DNA of 61,958 nucleotides, filler included, from Basidioascus undulatus (lineage: Eukaryota), in NCBI GenBank assembly GCA_000826855.1. It is 9 parts of 9 records of this genome, joined end to end, with 100 filler letters (N's around TTAATTAATTAA, not from the genome) between each part and the next. Parts side by side here need not be neighbours in the genome. Positions count along the whole stretch, not along the records: positions 1 to 25,395 come from JTLS01000214.1; 8 more parts are not named here. The stretch is one strand, 5' to 3'. The stretch's first letter is position 1. Each line of letters starts with the position of its first letter. Position numbers and translations under genes: made by a program. The notes beneath the pieces were generated by a model. It worked only from the letters and a program-made list of their open reading frames with translations, had not been told where the DNA came from and searched no databases. Positions 1-12,683 of this stretch are shown here, piece after piece.

Positions 1-838
1 CAGGGCGTTAAGGGCACTTGTGCGTTTCCCTTCCTTTTCTCACCTCCCCATTTCTTGTCCCTTTCCCTCTTTGCTCTTTGCGCTGCGCATTTTGTTTGGG
101 GGGTTGTTGGGGGAGAGTCGGCTGATGGAGCAGAGGATGGACAGATCACGTTATCTCGGAGACTGTTTCTACACTTAATTCCGGTGCGTTCCGAGTGGAA
201 GGATGAAAAGAAGTAAGAAGGAAGAGAGAGTCGGACGGGGGCCTGATTGGGTGGAGGGACACCAGCCCTTGAGCTTAAGAAGGCGTTCGAGGCGATCACG
301 GAGGCGGAGAAGGCGGGCGTGACGGAAGAGGAGCGCAAGAAGCTGGAGGAGGCTGCCGCGGAGAAGGTCCGCCCCCACCCCCACTCCCCCTTTCTCTCCG
401 TGCTGGGAGGCTGATACGGAAGGGTGGGACTGCGCGCGGTGCAGGGCCTCAAAGCGCTCTTCAAAGGCGCCTCGCTCGAGATCCAATCCGTCCTGCGCGA
501 AGTGCGTCCCTCGCCTCCCTCCTGTTCCTCCTCCTCGCTTCCGCCCATTCTGACGCACTCCCGACCTGCAGGTTTGCGACCGCCTCCTCACCCCCACCTC
601 GCCCTCCGTGGACCTTCCAAAGGTAAAGCAGCGCGCCCTCGCCCTCCTTATCGTCGGCGAGGCGTACTCGCGCGCCAAGAAGCCTTCCTCCTCCGAGGCA
701 GACCCGCAGATCGATGCCGGGGCGGGGGAGGGGTTCGTTAAGGTCGAGACGAGGGCGAGTCGGGCGCGGGAGATGGGGGCGGGTGGGGTGGTTGGACAGG
801 GAGGGCAGGGAGCAAGTGGGGTTGGGGGTGCGGGATGA
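1..838 (+). CDS. DnaJ-X domain protein (Djp1/Caj1-like), 3' part, multi-exon
   Basis: Spliced exons give HVISETVSTLNS-ALELKKAFEAITEAEKAGVTEEERKKLEEAAAEK-GLKALFKGASLEIQSVLRE-VCDRLL...RALALLIVGEAY, typical of the fungal DnaJ X-domain C-terminus. GT-AG introns, stop at 836-838. Confidence 0.8.
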
Positions 839-1461
839 GGAGCGGATGGTTCGGCGTATAAGGCTTATGAGAGAAGGAGAACGGGGATTGGGGGACAGGG
901 GGACGTGAGGTGAGAGTCGGATGGATGGGGCGCGGTGCGAGGCTGATTTGAGAGTTTGATACCCCCGTTTGAGAAGAGATGGGCGGGGAGCGTGGTAAAC
1001 CAGCTGGCATATGGCTCGTGGGGTCTTGCGCTCGAGGATCTCTTCCTTCCGTCGGATAGCAGGCCTCGACCATCGCGCATGCGTGCGCAGCTTTTGAAGA
1101 AGCGCTCGGGCCTGTGCAGTTCCTTGCGGAGTTGGTGCTGGGCGACTGGAAGCAGCGTGTATGGACGTACTGTAGTAGCTGCTTGAAGTGCTGTGGCTGA
1201 AAGCGGACGCAAGGCAGAGAGCAGAGACTATAATTCTAGCCTTGGGACTGGCTTCAGATATTTTCTCGTTGCACTTTTCAGCTCGTGGTCGACTGAGGGG
1301 CTGGCCGGGTGTCCGAAGGCAGGTCTCAAGACAAATTCATTGCGGTAACACCACTTCGCACTTCTAACTCGGCCACCCATACCGAGATTGATACGCAGCC
1401 CTCACATTGGACTTTGTCAAAGTGTAAAGCAACCAAGCATCAATCGCAAAGTCAGCACCCA

Positions 1462-2176
1462 TCATGCCTGCGCGCCCTCACGCTCGAATTCGGACTGGGC
1501 GAGCGCACGCGGTTCCCGCACGAGCAAGACGTTGACGAGCTCCTCCGTACGATGCTCGTCCACGGGCACCCACCAGAACTTGAGGTAGATCGGCAGCCCG
1601 GCTGTGAACGCTGCGATGTAGCAGGGCAGGCCCTCGGCGTCCGCGCGTTGCAGCCCCCAGCGAAGGATCATCCCGCCCGCGCCGCGGCCTTGGTACTTTG
1701 GGAGCTTCGCGAGGGTGTCCATATCTTTGGAAGCATGGTGAAGAGGGCATGAGTCAAACAGGGAGACGAGGGCGTATAATTTGGACTTACAGTAATGCGG
1801 TCGGTCCTTCATGATCGCCTTGTGCTTCGCCATTATCCCTCCGAAGTAAGCCGCACACAGCTCCATGTTCGCCCCTTCGGGGAACCGCACATCTTGACTT
1901 TCTGCACCCCAGGTCCCTCTAATCCCACTCCAAACCGCGCCCACTTCCCAAACGCCACCAGCTCTCCCGTGTCGCTCGGACGACCTTGACGTAGTGCACG
2001 CGCTCCTTGTCGCCCATCGCACGTACGTGATTCTCGGCCAGCCAGGCCATGGATGCTTTCCATGCCTTCGTGGTCGGGAAGACCCGGCGCCAGAACGGCT
2101 CGTCGAACGCGGTGGTTTGGAGTTCGGCGAGTGCGGGCGCGTCGGACGGGCTGGCTGGGTGGAGAGAGAATGGGAT
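1462..2176 (-). pseudogene. GNAT N-acetyltransferase, frameshifted
   Basis: Motifs DTGELVAFGKW, FPEGANMELC and PKYQGRGAGGMILRWGLQRADAEGLPCY. The N-terminal, middle and C-terminal parts lie in three frames, and the expected start reads ATC (I-PFSLHPASPSD). Confidence 0.7.
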
Positions 2177-2744
2177 TGCTGGAGCAGCGGGAGAGGGAGT
2201 GATGGTCGCTGAGGATATTTTGGTCTTTTGGTATAGAGGAAGCTAACAAGAAGGCGGGCAACATGCACGCACCGTTTCAAGGTCAACAAAAACTGGACTT
2301 GGGCTGCACAGCCCCAGTGCAGAGCTGGCGCGCCGGAGTCCCCGAGGCCCAGCCGGATATCACTGCTGTCAATAGAATTACCAGGATGGCTATGGCGGCT
2401 ACGGCGTCTTAGCTTCCATGCTTGGGCAATGCTTGCGTACTCACGCGGCGCAAAACCATACGCATGCGCTGATACGTACATGCAGACCGTATGCAAGCTG
2501 TGAACAGGCATCGGTTTCCAACTCACATCCACTCCTCTCTCCAAACTCATAAGCCCTCCAAACTCAGGAGAACGGAGCATGACTTCCAGGATTATTTTTA
2601 TAAACCCTAAAGACACTGAAAACAAAAAAGCCAAATCTCCCTTGAAGTGTTTTAATCTCACGCAACCGCAGAACACAAAGTCACAAACGCAGCGCTCCAA
2701 GCTGCCAGGAACAGTGCATTCCTCTCTACCCTTGAGCAGCGGTA

Positions 2745-4431
2745 CTAGATAGACGGAGACATGAAGGCAGATGGAGGTGGGGTGAGAATGTCTGTGATCA
2801 GAAAAGTTCGCAGCAGGAACTCGGTCCAATCCAAGACGTCGACGACTATCGAGCACGGGCCGAAGCTGATCCTTGCGATGCCCAGCGGGACGCAACGACT
2901 CGCGTCCTCTAAAACGAATTCTCCTGAAATCGTCAACAAAGCCCTAGTCAGGCGATGTTACTGATAGGCTGTGCTTTTAGGCGTTGCGGCTCACCGTCAC
3001 CCCAGCACACCCTGCCCCTCGCAAAGTTCGCCTTCATGTCCTCGTCCGTGAGCCCAAGCACCGCAGCCATTGGCCCCGCGTTACACAGCCCTCCAAAGCG
3101 GATCTGAACCCCGCTACTCGCGGCAAGACGGTCCAGCTCGACATGGCCGAACGGCTCGCCTGTCGGTCCGAGAAGCTTGTGCCTGACGATCGGGCCCTGC
3201 TCGAGCGGCAGGACGTCGTCGTCCTGGAACGCCCGATGGACACGAACAGCGACCTGACCATTGCCGTCTCGAAGCCGCCCGAGCTCTCGGAGTGCCAGGC
3301 GCGTGGCCACTGAAGTGTGCGCTCTGACGTGCCAAGTGCGAAAGTTAGAGTCGGGTATGCGTGTCCAGTGCGTGGCCGAGTGCGATGATGGCTATGTAAG
3401 GCGTCTTCGAACCGCTGGTGGATGTTGGGAGAGGCTCCGGAAGCGGAGGATCGAGGGGCGAAGGCCAGGTCGGGTCAGATACTGCGAGAGCATCGATAGT
3501 TCCCCCGCTGAAATAGCCAGCACGTTGGAGATGGACGCCCGAGGAACGCTTCACGAGCAGACAGCCGAGACCGGTCGGGTAGTCCTAAGAAAAATTGCTT
3601 GGCTTAGTGTTGAACTTTTCAGGTAAGGTAACTAAGAGACTTCAGTACGCACAAAGAGCTTTAGAATGAGCAGGCGACGTAGTCGGACGCTTCAGAAAGC
3701 GGGATGGAGCTGAGATGCGGCGGCGACGTGGAGAGGAAAGCGGCGGCGTCGAGAAGGACCAAAGCAGATGGGAAATCCCGCTTCACTACTCGACAGAGAT
3801 TTATTCCAAGACGCTGTCCAGTGGCGTTGCACTGAGCCGGGTAAGCGAAAAGCGTCGGCCCTTCCACCGCCTCCTTCCGTCACTCCGTCACGTCCGCAAC
3901 ATCCATCGGCACGGCAGTCGCGCAAGCTCGAATCCCGACCAGGCTGGTGTGAGAATGTACCGGAACTTCTCGTAGCTGGCCTCGCCTTTGCGCCACGGGA
4001 ACGCCTCGATATCCCATGCGCTCTGCGCGCCAGGAGTGCGAAGGTGAAAAAGCGTGGAGGGAACGCGGGTCCGAATGAAATCAATTTGAACCGATGTTCC
4101 CTCTGAAACGGGGGAACGTGAGTGCGGAATCGAGTAAAACGTCGTGGAGACTGAGGCGGTGAGGGAACGCAGCGTTGAAAGCGGCGCTGGTGGAGAGGCG
4201 GCATGGTCAAGGTAGACGGTACCTGCCAAGATAAAGCATCAGGATTATCTGACTTCGCGAATAGTCAAGCAACGCACGCTGAAGACTGGGATACTCCGTC
4301 TGGCGGAGCTGCGCAAACCCCCTCCTCGCCCAGCCCATATGCGTATCCCTCCCCCATCTCCTCCAAGAACTCGGCTCGGACCTACTCCCTATGCCTGGGA
4401 GCCGAGCGTTGGGGATTTTGGACGCTGGCAT
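2745..4431 (-). pseudogene. Molybdenum cofactor sulfurase-like PLP protein (class V aminotransferase fold), disrupted
   Basis: VYLDHAASPP, LFAYPAQCNATGQR, VLLDAAA, YFSGGTID, IRFGGLCNAG, GIARISFG. The PLP-lysine motif SFYKLF has a 1-nt deletion giving TAA at about 3661. No MOSC domain seen. Confidence 0.8.
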
Positions 4432-5034
4432 GTTATGGGAGACTTTGGCCTGAGCTGCTGCAAAGCGGTTGTAGGGAGATGCGAGGGGAACGCTGCAGAG
4501 CGCAGGCATACCGGTGAGTAAAAACTGGGGTCGGTTGAAAGCCTGTTGTGGGCTGAGCTGTGACGAAGAAATAGACTTGATCTATTTCATAATTTTCAAT
4601 ATTCGTCACACTAGGCAGTATCGCACGGGCACGGACACCGGAGAGGGCACGATCAGTCACAGCGGGCTTCGGACACACAGTCCCAACGAGCGGACTTGCC
4701 GCAATTGCCGCTCCGCCACTTTCAAACATGCATTCAAAGTTGATGAATAGTGTAGGAAGTGGACTTGTCGGCCTGTGGAGATTGCACTGACACGGAACTC
4801 TCCGTTCCCGAGGCATCAGGAATGCCTAGGGATCAAGGAAAAGACTGCTACTACTTTTCCTGTAGAAAGATCTCCTAGACTCGTGTGAGGACAGTGGATC
4901 GAAAGCCCCGAGTTGCTCGCTGCAAAGCTCCACCGTGGGTTCGGCAGCGGCGAGATGAGAGGCCGACTTATAAGATACCGTCCTGTCCTGCCTTTTTTGA
5001 ATGAATCCAAAACGAAATTCAATTAAGCGCCCAT

Positions 5035-5515
5035 CTGTCATCGCCTATCCCCAAACGCATTTGCCAAGTCGTCAAGGTGAAGCCGGAAAAGCTGGCGGAT
5101 TACAAGCAACTGTGCGCATGACAGATGTAACACAGTACCCCTTGGACGGCGTTACCCACTCATTGTAGACGCACGCACGCGAACTTCCGGCCGGAAGTCC
5201 TCGAAACGCTGGGGCGTTCCCACATTATCGACTACAGCATCTTTTACAACCCGAAGGATAACATGCTGATGGCGACAACGAAGTACACGGGCACGGTGCG
5301 CATTCCCCCAGAATATGGTGGCTGTGACATAAGCGAACTGACCTTGACGTGTAGGACTCGAAGCCGATACGAAAGAAGTGGCCAAGGACGAGGCAACTCG
5401 GCGCTGGTGGGCCTTCACAGATGGACAACAGGAGAGCTTGGTTGAAGGCGCTACGGGCAGTGGGAGGGAACCTGGCTGGTGGCTCGAGTTGGACTAGGTC
5501 TTTCGGTTCGAGTGA
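5035..5515 (+). pseudogene. L-rhamnose mutarotase (RhaM/DUF718) family, disrupted
   Basis: KRICQVVKVKPEKLADYKQL / PEVLETLGRSHIIDYSIFY / DEATRRWWAFTDGQQESLVEGATGSG...WWLELD*VFRFE. In-frame TAG at 5495-5497, no ATG (CTG at 5035), apparent frameshift in the last exon. Confidence 0.75.
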
Positions 5516-6005
5516 TGAACTCTCTGAACTAGTCAAAGTTGAAGTCACTGCTGTAATCCGTTCATCAAGGAGCGTTGGAGTTGGCGGTCAGAGAACACCC
5601 TCCATGGTTAGGGCACTGCTAGCTCACCGTAGTTTTTAGAAACATTCTCTCTAGAGCGGCTGCAAGCAAGCAAAATATCATCAACTCGATCCAACTACAC
5701 ACGTAGCACGGGTCAGCTGCGTGGGCTTCGGGAGGTCATTGCTCCGCACCGCCGAACGTCTGCAAATGCTCAGATGCCACATGACGCTACACTTCGCCCA
5801 TGCCGACATTTCGTTTTTAGTCCAGGCCAAGGCCATTCGCCAAATGTAGTCCCAAGCTCGGCGCAGCTTCACTCCGGCTTGGTCGGCGGCTTCGGCGGAA
5901 TGCTTTACCAAGCTTGATCTATAGAACCACACTGAGAAACACCCACACGCACCATTGAGATAACTTCCACATTCCAAACAAAATCTCACAAAAATCAAAC
6001 GAAGC

Positions 6006-8721
6006 ATGATGGGACAGCTTCGGGGTTCGTCGTTTCGCCTGGCCATCACGCGTAAGCAATTGCATTCGCCATCCCTTAGCCCACCGACGGCGCTGAGGGT
6101 GCTACACCCAGTTGCATGTCTTCAAGGATTTCTTCTTCTGGGATACGACCAGGTAAGGCCCTGCCTTGTGGGTAGCCGAAAATCCCTCATGCTAACTCGA
6201 GGATCATCAGGGGGTCATGAGCGGGTGGGCAGACCGCAACTGCGCATTCGGGACCCAGCACTGATCGTGACGAAAGTGATCAAGGATCATCGGGGCGGAC
6301 AACCAGTTCGGCCGCGATTTCAATCAACCCGACTCAAATCTACAAGGCATCATAACCTCCATATACGACGTGAGCCGCTTTCACAGCTTGCAGCTTTTCT
6401 TGCGCTTTGGGAAGCGTGACGTTTGAACAGATCGGCTGCGCCGCGGGCTGCCTCTGTGCCTTCTTTTTCGGGGACAAAGTGGGACGCAAACGGATGATCA
6501 TTGCAGGTGGTACTATCATGGTGAGACGCTACGCTGCAGGCGCGTTCCCTATGGTGGTTCTGACCAGGTTCATCCCAGATTATCGGTAGTGAGTGCATGT
6601 GTTCGTTCCAAGGACTGCCCATCCTGAGCACGATCAAGCAGCGGTTCTTCTTGGAAGCGCAACGACATTGGCCCAGTTTCTTGTCGGGCGTATTATAACG
6701 GGTTTGGTAATTGCTGTACCTCTGAGAATGCCATGCCGTGCAGTGCTTGCGGGCTGACAAGCTCGATGGCAGGGGAACGGCTTCAACAGCTCTACAATTC
6801 CCCCGTACCAGGTAGGGTTGAATGCTCTACATACCACGGGTATGGCCTGAGGCTTACTGGGCATCCGTTCTGTAGTCAGAAACGTGCTCAGCCCGAGTTC
6901 GCGGCATGCTCGTGAGCATGCAATCGACATTCACAATCGCTGGGCTAGTAATTGCCTACTGGTGTGTTGGCTGTGTCTGGGCGTGGAAGATTTCACATTC
7001 GCTGACCTTTTTCCAGGCTTGACTACGGCATGTCGTTCGTGGATGGGCCAGCGCAATGGGTTGTACCTATCCCTCACCTCCCGACATGTCTACCCGCTGA
7101 ACAAAATACACCATTTGCGTCCCAGCGATTCCCAATCTCGTTCCAAGCTTTCTTCGCCGTTTTTCTTGTTATTCAAATGCTCCCTTTACCGGAAACTCCT
7201 CGGTACGTACAAACGCTGATCCCCACGAAGGCCTCGCTCACACTTGTGTCCCCCGTAGTTGGCTGATCGAGAAGGGTCGCCTGGAGGAGGCTGCTCTGGT
7301 ACTCTCGCGCCTTTCCGGAAGTGACTCGAGCCCAGATCACCTTGAAATCCAAGCCCAAGTAGAGGAAATACGTCAGAGCATTGCTCTCGAGGCCGCGGCG
7401 GGAGGCGGCGACAGGGCCAGCTTCGCGGAGCTCTTCAAAGTCAATCGCATCGGGAATGCGCGTCGCATGATTCTCTGTGTCCTGGTGAATGTGTTCCAAC
7501 AGCTCACAGGCTCAAACATGATCAACGTAGGTTTATAACCCTGAGTTTATCCGCGAGTCCGCGACGGTACTGATGATACTACCTTCTTGTGCGGCAGTAC
7601 GTGAGGCAACCATATCCCGGACTCCACTGCGCGGTATACAGGTCTAATGTTACTACATTTATGAAACTGCAGTATGCTCCCGTCGTTTACCAAAATGCGA
7701 TGCATCTCTCTCGCAATCTGTCCCTTATCCTCGGCGGGTGCACGTCCGTCACGTACTTCTTTGCCTCCTTCATTCCGCTCTGGGTGCGTATCTTCTTCGA
7801 TCGTCACCTTGACGTGCAGATTAACCTTGATTGCAGACCGTGGACCGTTTCGGCCGACGTCCACTCTTTCTCATCTCCTCGGCTGGGCTGGCGGCATGCT
7901 TCGCCCTTGCAGCGGTATTCCTCAGTGTCGCCGAGAAGTCGGAGGGCAGCCAGGCAACGAGCTTCGGAGTGGCAGGGACAGCTATGGTTTTCGTTTTTCA
8001 GGTGCGCCTTTCGAGCAGAGTAACACCCGCATACGATCTGGAGCCTTCGCTGATCATGAGAGTTGACCCTCAGATCTTCCTAGGCCTCGGTTGGCTGCCC
8101 CTCCCCTGGCTATATCCATCGTGCGCTTTCGAAAGAAGCATCTCGAAAGGACTGCCTCTGATGATCCACCTGCACATCAGGGAGATTACGACCACTCGCA
8201 TTCGCTCGCAGGGTCAAGCACTTGGTGGCTTTGCTAACTGGATGTACGTGTCCGCTCAATGTTACCTAAACGGCACCTCACAACCCTGGGGTCTGGGTGT
8301 AGGTTTGTATTCCTCGTTGTACAAATCACTCCGACTGCCATCGACAATCTCGCATGGCGTACCTTTATCATATTTGCGTGCTTCAATGCGCTCTGGTTCG
8401 TCGTGGTGTACTGCGTGAGTTCCAGTGTCTCCGCGACAGTGGATCAACCTCACTGACCCGGTTGCCTTGCAGTTCTTCCCTGAAACTGCTGGAGTCACAC
8501 TGGTACGTCTGGAATGACTCTCACACTTCGCCGAGAAAAGGGTCGGCTGAACGCGGACAATCAATAGGAGGACATCGACCACCTCTTCGACGCGGGCGGC
8601 CTTACAGGGGGCGTCTGGCATGCTAAAGGAGGCCGTACCGTTCAAGTGCGGGGCGTGCATCAGGTATCAGGAGACGCCGCGTTTGAGGAGAAGGAGAGGG
8701 AGCAGAAGGACGCCGCGGTAG
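6006..8721 (+). CDS. MFS sugar porter (Stl1-like hexose/polyol transporter), many small exons
   Basis: GFLLLGYDQGVMSG, GDKVGRKRMI, GRIITGLGNG, PETPR, QQLTGSNMINYYAP, VDRFGRRPL, EITTTRIRSQG, FFPETAG. The exons checked splice in frame. Confidence 0.9.
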
Positions 8722-9309
8722 GGGCTCAAGCTTGAAAAATGATTTTGCAATAGTCCATGCACAGGTTGAGAAGCCGCTCCTGTAACAACAATGTTTGCTT
8801 GTTTGACAAGACTGAACATGGTTGATATCTGAGCTCGGGGTATAGAGGTTACAGACCGGTTTCTGAATGCGGTCTGCGAACGAAAGGCCGGGTTGCGGCG
8901 CGTAACAGAGAGTTGCCAGTCGCGTTGTGGGCCTTTCAGTTTCAAGCATCTTATCAGCGAAAATACATAGCCACTTTCCTACTTCGATTCTCCACGCCAG
9001 GGATTGAGGGTCTCAAAACTGGGAGGAGCGATGACCTGCAGTCTTTTCGCGGTTTATTCGGCCCAGCTGTGTTTGCCAGGACCTCGCAGGATACGCTGCC
9101 GCAGTGACTCGTCCCTGCAGCACAGTGCCTCAAAGGGAACACCTTGGATTTGGGTGTGGCCTTTTGCGTGGTCTAACTCACGCTGAAACGTCGCTCGCCG
9201 CAAACTGGTCCGGTAGAGAGTCCGCAAACTATGCACAACAACAGTACAGCGTTAACGATTACATGATAAAAGGCTGTTCTTTCGTCAATGACCATCTCCT
9301 CGCTTCTCC

Positions 9310-10004
9310 TCACTGCATCTTGGCCCCGGTTGCGATGTTGTAGTTGGGTGGGGGCGGCGGACCGGGCGGGGGCGCATATTGCTGCTGCTGATCGTGCCCC
9401 GGCGGCGGGCCCGTTGGCGGCGCATACTGCTGACCGGTCGGAGTGTACGAGGCGGGAGGGTAGGCAGGAGAAGGGTAGCTGATGATCATGTGACGAGCGT
9501 CAGCGGTCCGCTGCACGGTGGCCAGAACCGACACAGGAAAAAGGAACTCACGTCCCGTAGCCCTGCTGGCCCCATCCGGCCTCTCCGCCATGCCTCTGCT
9601 GCCCGCCATACCCGTACTCTCCCTGCGGCTGCTGTCCGGGCGGCGCGTTATAGGGGAGGGTAGACGTCGCGTAGTTCTGGTTGCCGTTCATCGCCTTCCA
9701 CTGAGGCATGTACGTGCCGGTGCGCCGCTTCTTGAGGACACCGCACAGGGAGACGAGCGCAAGAATGGCGACCGCTATGCCGATTCCTATTGTTCGCGGA
9801 GTCCGTACATGAGCACAGGATGATCGCGATGAGATCGGGCGACTTACCGATACCAATCCTTGCACCCGTCGACAGCCCGCTGCTACAGCGTCTGCGGCCC
9901 CAGACATCTACCCAGCAGTCCCGCGCCTCCGCGCGTCCTGCCAGCGCGAGGACCGTGAGTAGCGTTGTTGTTGTCGTTATAGGGGACGTTCGTGAAAAGG
10001 TCAT
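9310..10004 (-). CDS. Small single-pass membrane protein with Pro/Gln/Tyr-rich tail (Rcr1-like)
   Basis: Signal peptide, C-x9-C ectodomain loop, TM segment GARIGIGIGIAVAILALVSLC followed by KKRR, tail ending YAPPPGPPPPPNY. Two introns. Confidence 0.7.
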
Positions 10005-10580
10005 GTTGATGGTGGAGACGATGGTGGCGGGCAGAGAAGATGGCGAAAGACATGCGAGCACGAGGCGGTGTTCGCGAGGTCGAGGATCTTGGCACGCAGG
10101 GCGTGACGCAATCTCGGAGGGTTGACAAGCTGCACACAGCTTGACACAACTTGACACAGCTTGGTTTTCTTCAGTTCCTTGTCATTAGACCGTCGAAATA
10201 CTCGGGAAAGCGATGCGAGAAACAGTAACTTTGTAAACGCGTGTGCTGTCTGGTCCTGCAGGGGAAAGCGCTACCTATCAGGCCCGAAGCATATCGGGCA
10301 TGAGTGCCAAGGTCTGCAGGCAAAGACCAATGTCTGCAGGCCAAAGACCAAGGTCAAGCAAGAACCGGTTGATCTACATGAAAAAATTTACTTGGTATCG
10401 CAAAGAAGTTAAAGGAAATGCTGCCGAAGGCAGGTCTGAGAACACTACAGGTAAGCATCGACAAAACAAAGCACGGTACATCCGCGCGTCCGCGGACCTG
10501 TGGGCGACGCGAACATGTATTCATTGCGCATTCCGGCCTGCCAGAGCTCTTCATGCTGAAGGAAATCAAGTAATCATGCC

Positions 10581-11914
10581 CTATAGTTTCGCAGGCCCCC
10601 ACCGCGGCGGCCTCTTCTCCCCGAACGCCCTCAAGCCCTCCCTCATGTTCTCGCCCTCCCAAACGGCCTTCACCTCCGCGCTCTCCTGCCACTTCACCCA
10701 GCTGCTCTCGATACCGCTGTCCTGGCGTGCGAGGTTAAGCGCATGTTTGGTCGCCTGAATCGCGTCAGGCGAGCAAGCCGCGATGCTGCGAGCGAGGGTG
10801 AATGCCGTCGGAAGCAGAGCCGAAAGAGACGGAACGAGGTGGGTGACGAGGTTGTAGCGGGAGTGGGCCAGTTGTGCAGGAACAGGATCACTTCTCGGAC
10901 AAGTAGACCTGTCAGCGACGTGGTAGATGAAGGAGGCTTAGGGTAAGGCATATACCCGGTCAACATCATGGCAGCAGCCAGCTGCGAAAGGGTGCGAAGA
11001 TCAGAAACTGATGCTGGGTGCTTGTCAGGGCCTGTGAATATTTACGTGATGACCCGCGGCCGAGTAAATACGAGGGATCCCCCCTGCAGCCGCGATCACG
11101 CCCCGGCGTACTTCCGGAAGTGCGAATGTGCTTTCTTCCGCTGCAACGACAAGGTCGCAGTTGAGCTGGGCGTGAATCAGCGGATTGAATCGTTTAAGGT
11201 ATGATTTAAGCGCATAACTTACCACAATTTCGCAGCCTCCGCCAAAGCTGTATAGATTGGTTACGGCTTAGTCTGCATCATGTCACGGGGGGCGCTCAGC
11301 TGGACGTACGCGATGCCGTTCACAGCTGCAATAATGGGCTTGCGGCACTGTCTCCGCCTAGAGACAGGTACATAATCAGCTCTATCGATCCCTCAAATGC
11401 TTACATAACTCACGACAGGGAGGCGAAGCCGTGGGGGTTCTCCACAAGGCGATCAGTCTGAGCAGCGCCAGAGCCGGACCCGTCCTCGGCTGACTGGCGC
11501 CATCTGCAGAGTCGCAGTTCAGCAATTGCCTTGAGCAGTTTAGGACGACACATACTCTTTGAGGTCCATCCCCGCGCAGAAAGCGCGTCCGTTTCCCGTG
11601 ACAATGCACACCCTGATGGACGAAGGAAGGTGTCAATCGAGGCCTGCAAAAGCACCATGCTGCGGCTTTACCAGAGTTCTTTTTCGCGCTCGAACCAATC
11701 CAGCACGCGTTCAAGGTCTTTCTCAAGCTATTCAAATATACTTGTGAGTTTCGAACTGAGATGCCTGAACGCTGGGCAGGGAACCCACCGCGGCATTCAT
11801 CGCGTTCAGCTGCTTCGGGCGGTTGAGCGTGAGCAGCAGCGTGTGCGGCGCCTCGTCCGGCAGAGAAACGATAAGATGGTCGCCATGAGCGGGAGTGTTC
11901 AAATTCGAGGCCAT
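10581..11914 (-). CDS. Enoyl-CoA hydratase/crotonase family protein with C-terminal PTS1 (AKL)
   Basis: [82 protein letters not shown]. Confidence 0.9.
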
Positions 11915-12683
11915 CGTTTATTGATTCGATGAGGGGCTGAGATGATGGTACGGCAATGGAAGGGACCGCGAGAGCGCCCACCTGTTGAGCGGTCCGGTCC
12001 ATCCGGGTCCCGAGAGCCGAGCTCTGTCGGTAGATTTGCATCGCGAGTGTGCAATTGTCTAAGTTCAAACGCGGGCTTGCCAACAATACAGATCAAGGTA
12101 CTACTCAACTTATCTGGAAAAAAATGTTTTCGACGCTGTCACGTCCAGCATCCACTCGCGGATGCATTCAGGGGTTCGGTGGGAGGGATGGGGGAGGCGG
12201 GATGGCGGGGGGAGTGGGAAGGCTTTCAAGAGATGTGTTGCTAACTTGAGATCTAGAAGCTCAATGTAAAATGCAGAGGTAGAGAATGAGAACTGCAGCC
12301 CAAACCCGATGCCAGTCGCATACAGCTACGGCGCGCCACTTGGTGGATGGCTTCCCCAGCGGTTAGCGCCGTCCTGCCGGCGAGTGAACAGGATAATTTT
12401 ACCCGATAATGTGGTTCCTGCTTCATCAGATCACCTTCCAAAACCCCACCTACCCCCCTGCCACCGTCACTTGGAAACGAGACGAGCAGCAGAGGGCTCT
12501 TCACACGAACAGTCCTCACATATCTGGCCACCAGTAGAATCCAGCACGGCAGAGTGTTCTAAAGACGTGTATCCAGTAGAACATATCCACAACACAGAGC
12601 GTGGGGCACGGAGATTTTCGCACCGGCATTTGGGCCTGGCGCGGCCCGCGACCTTATCCCCCCCGGCGTCCCAAAAAGCAAAA

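Noticed and set aside
1462..2895. 477-aa ORF as a single protein
   Set aside because: Only the C-terminal part is in the GNAT frame. The rest reads through intergenic DNA, an intron and off-frame sequence.
5495..5497. In-frame TAG codons in acidic contexts (5495, about 23540) suggesting stop-codon reassignment or RNA editing
   Set aside because: The same genes also have frameshifts or lost starts, and intact genes (ValRS, crotonase, sugar porter, Vac8) terminate at TAG.
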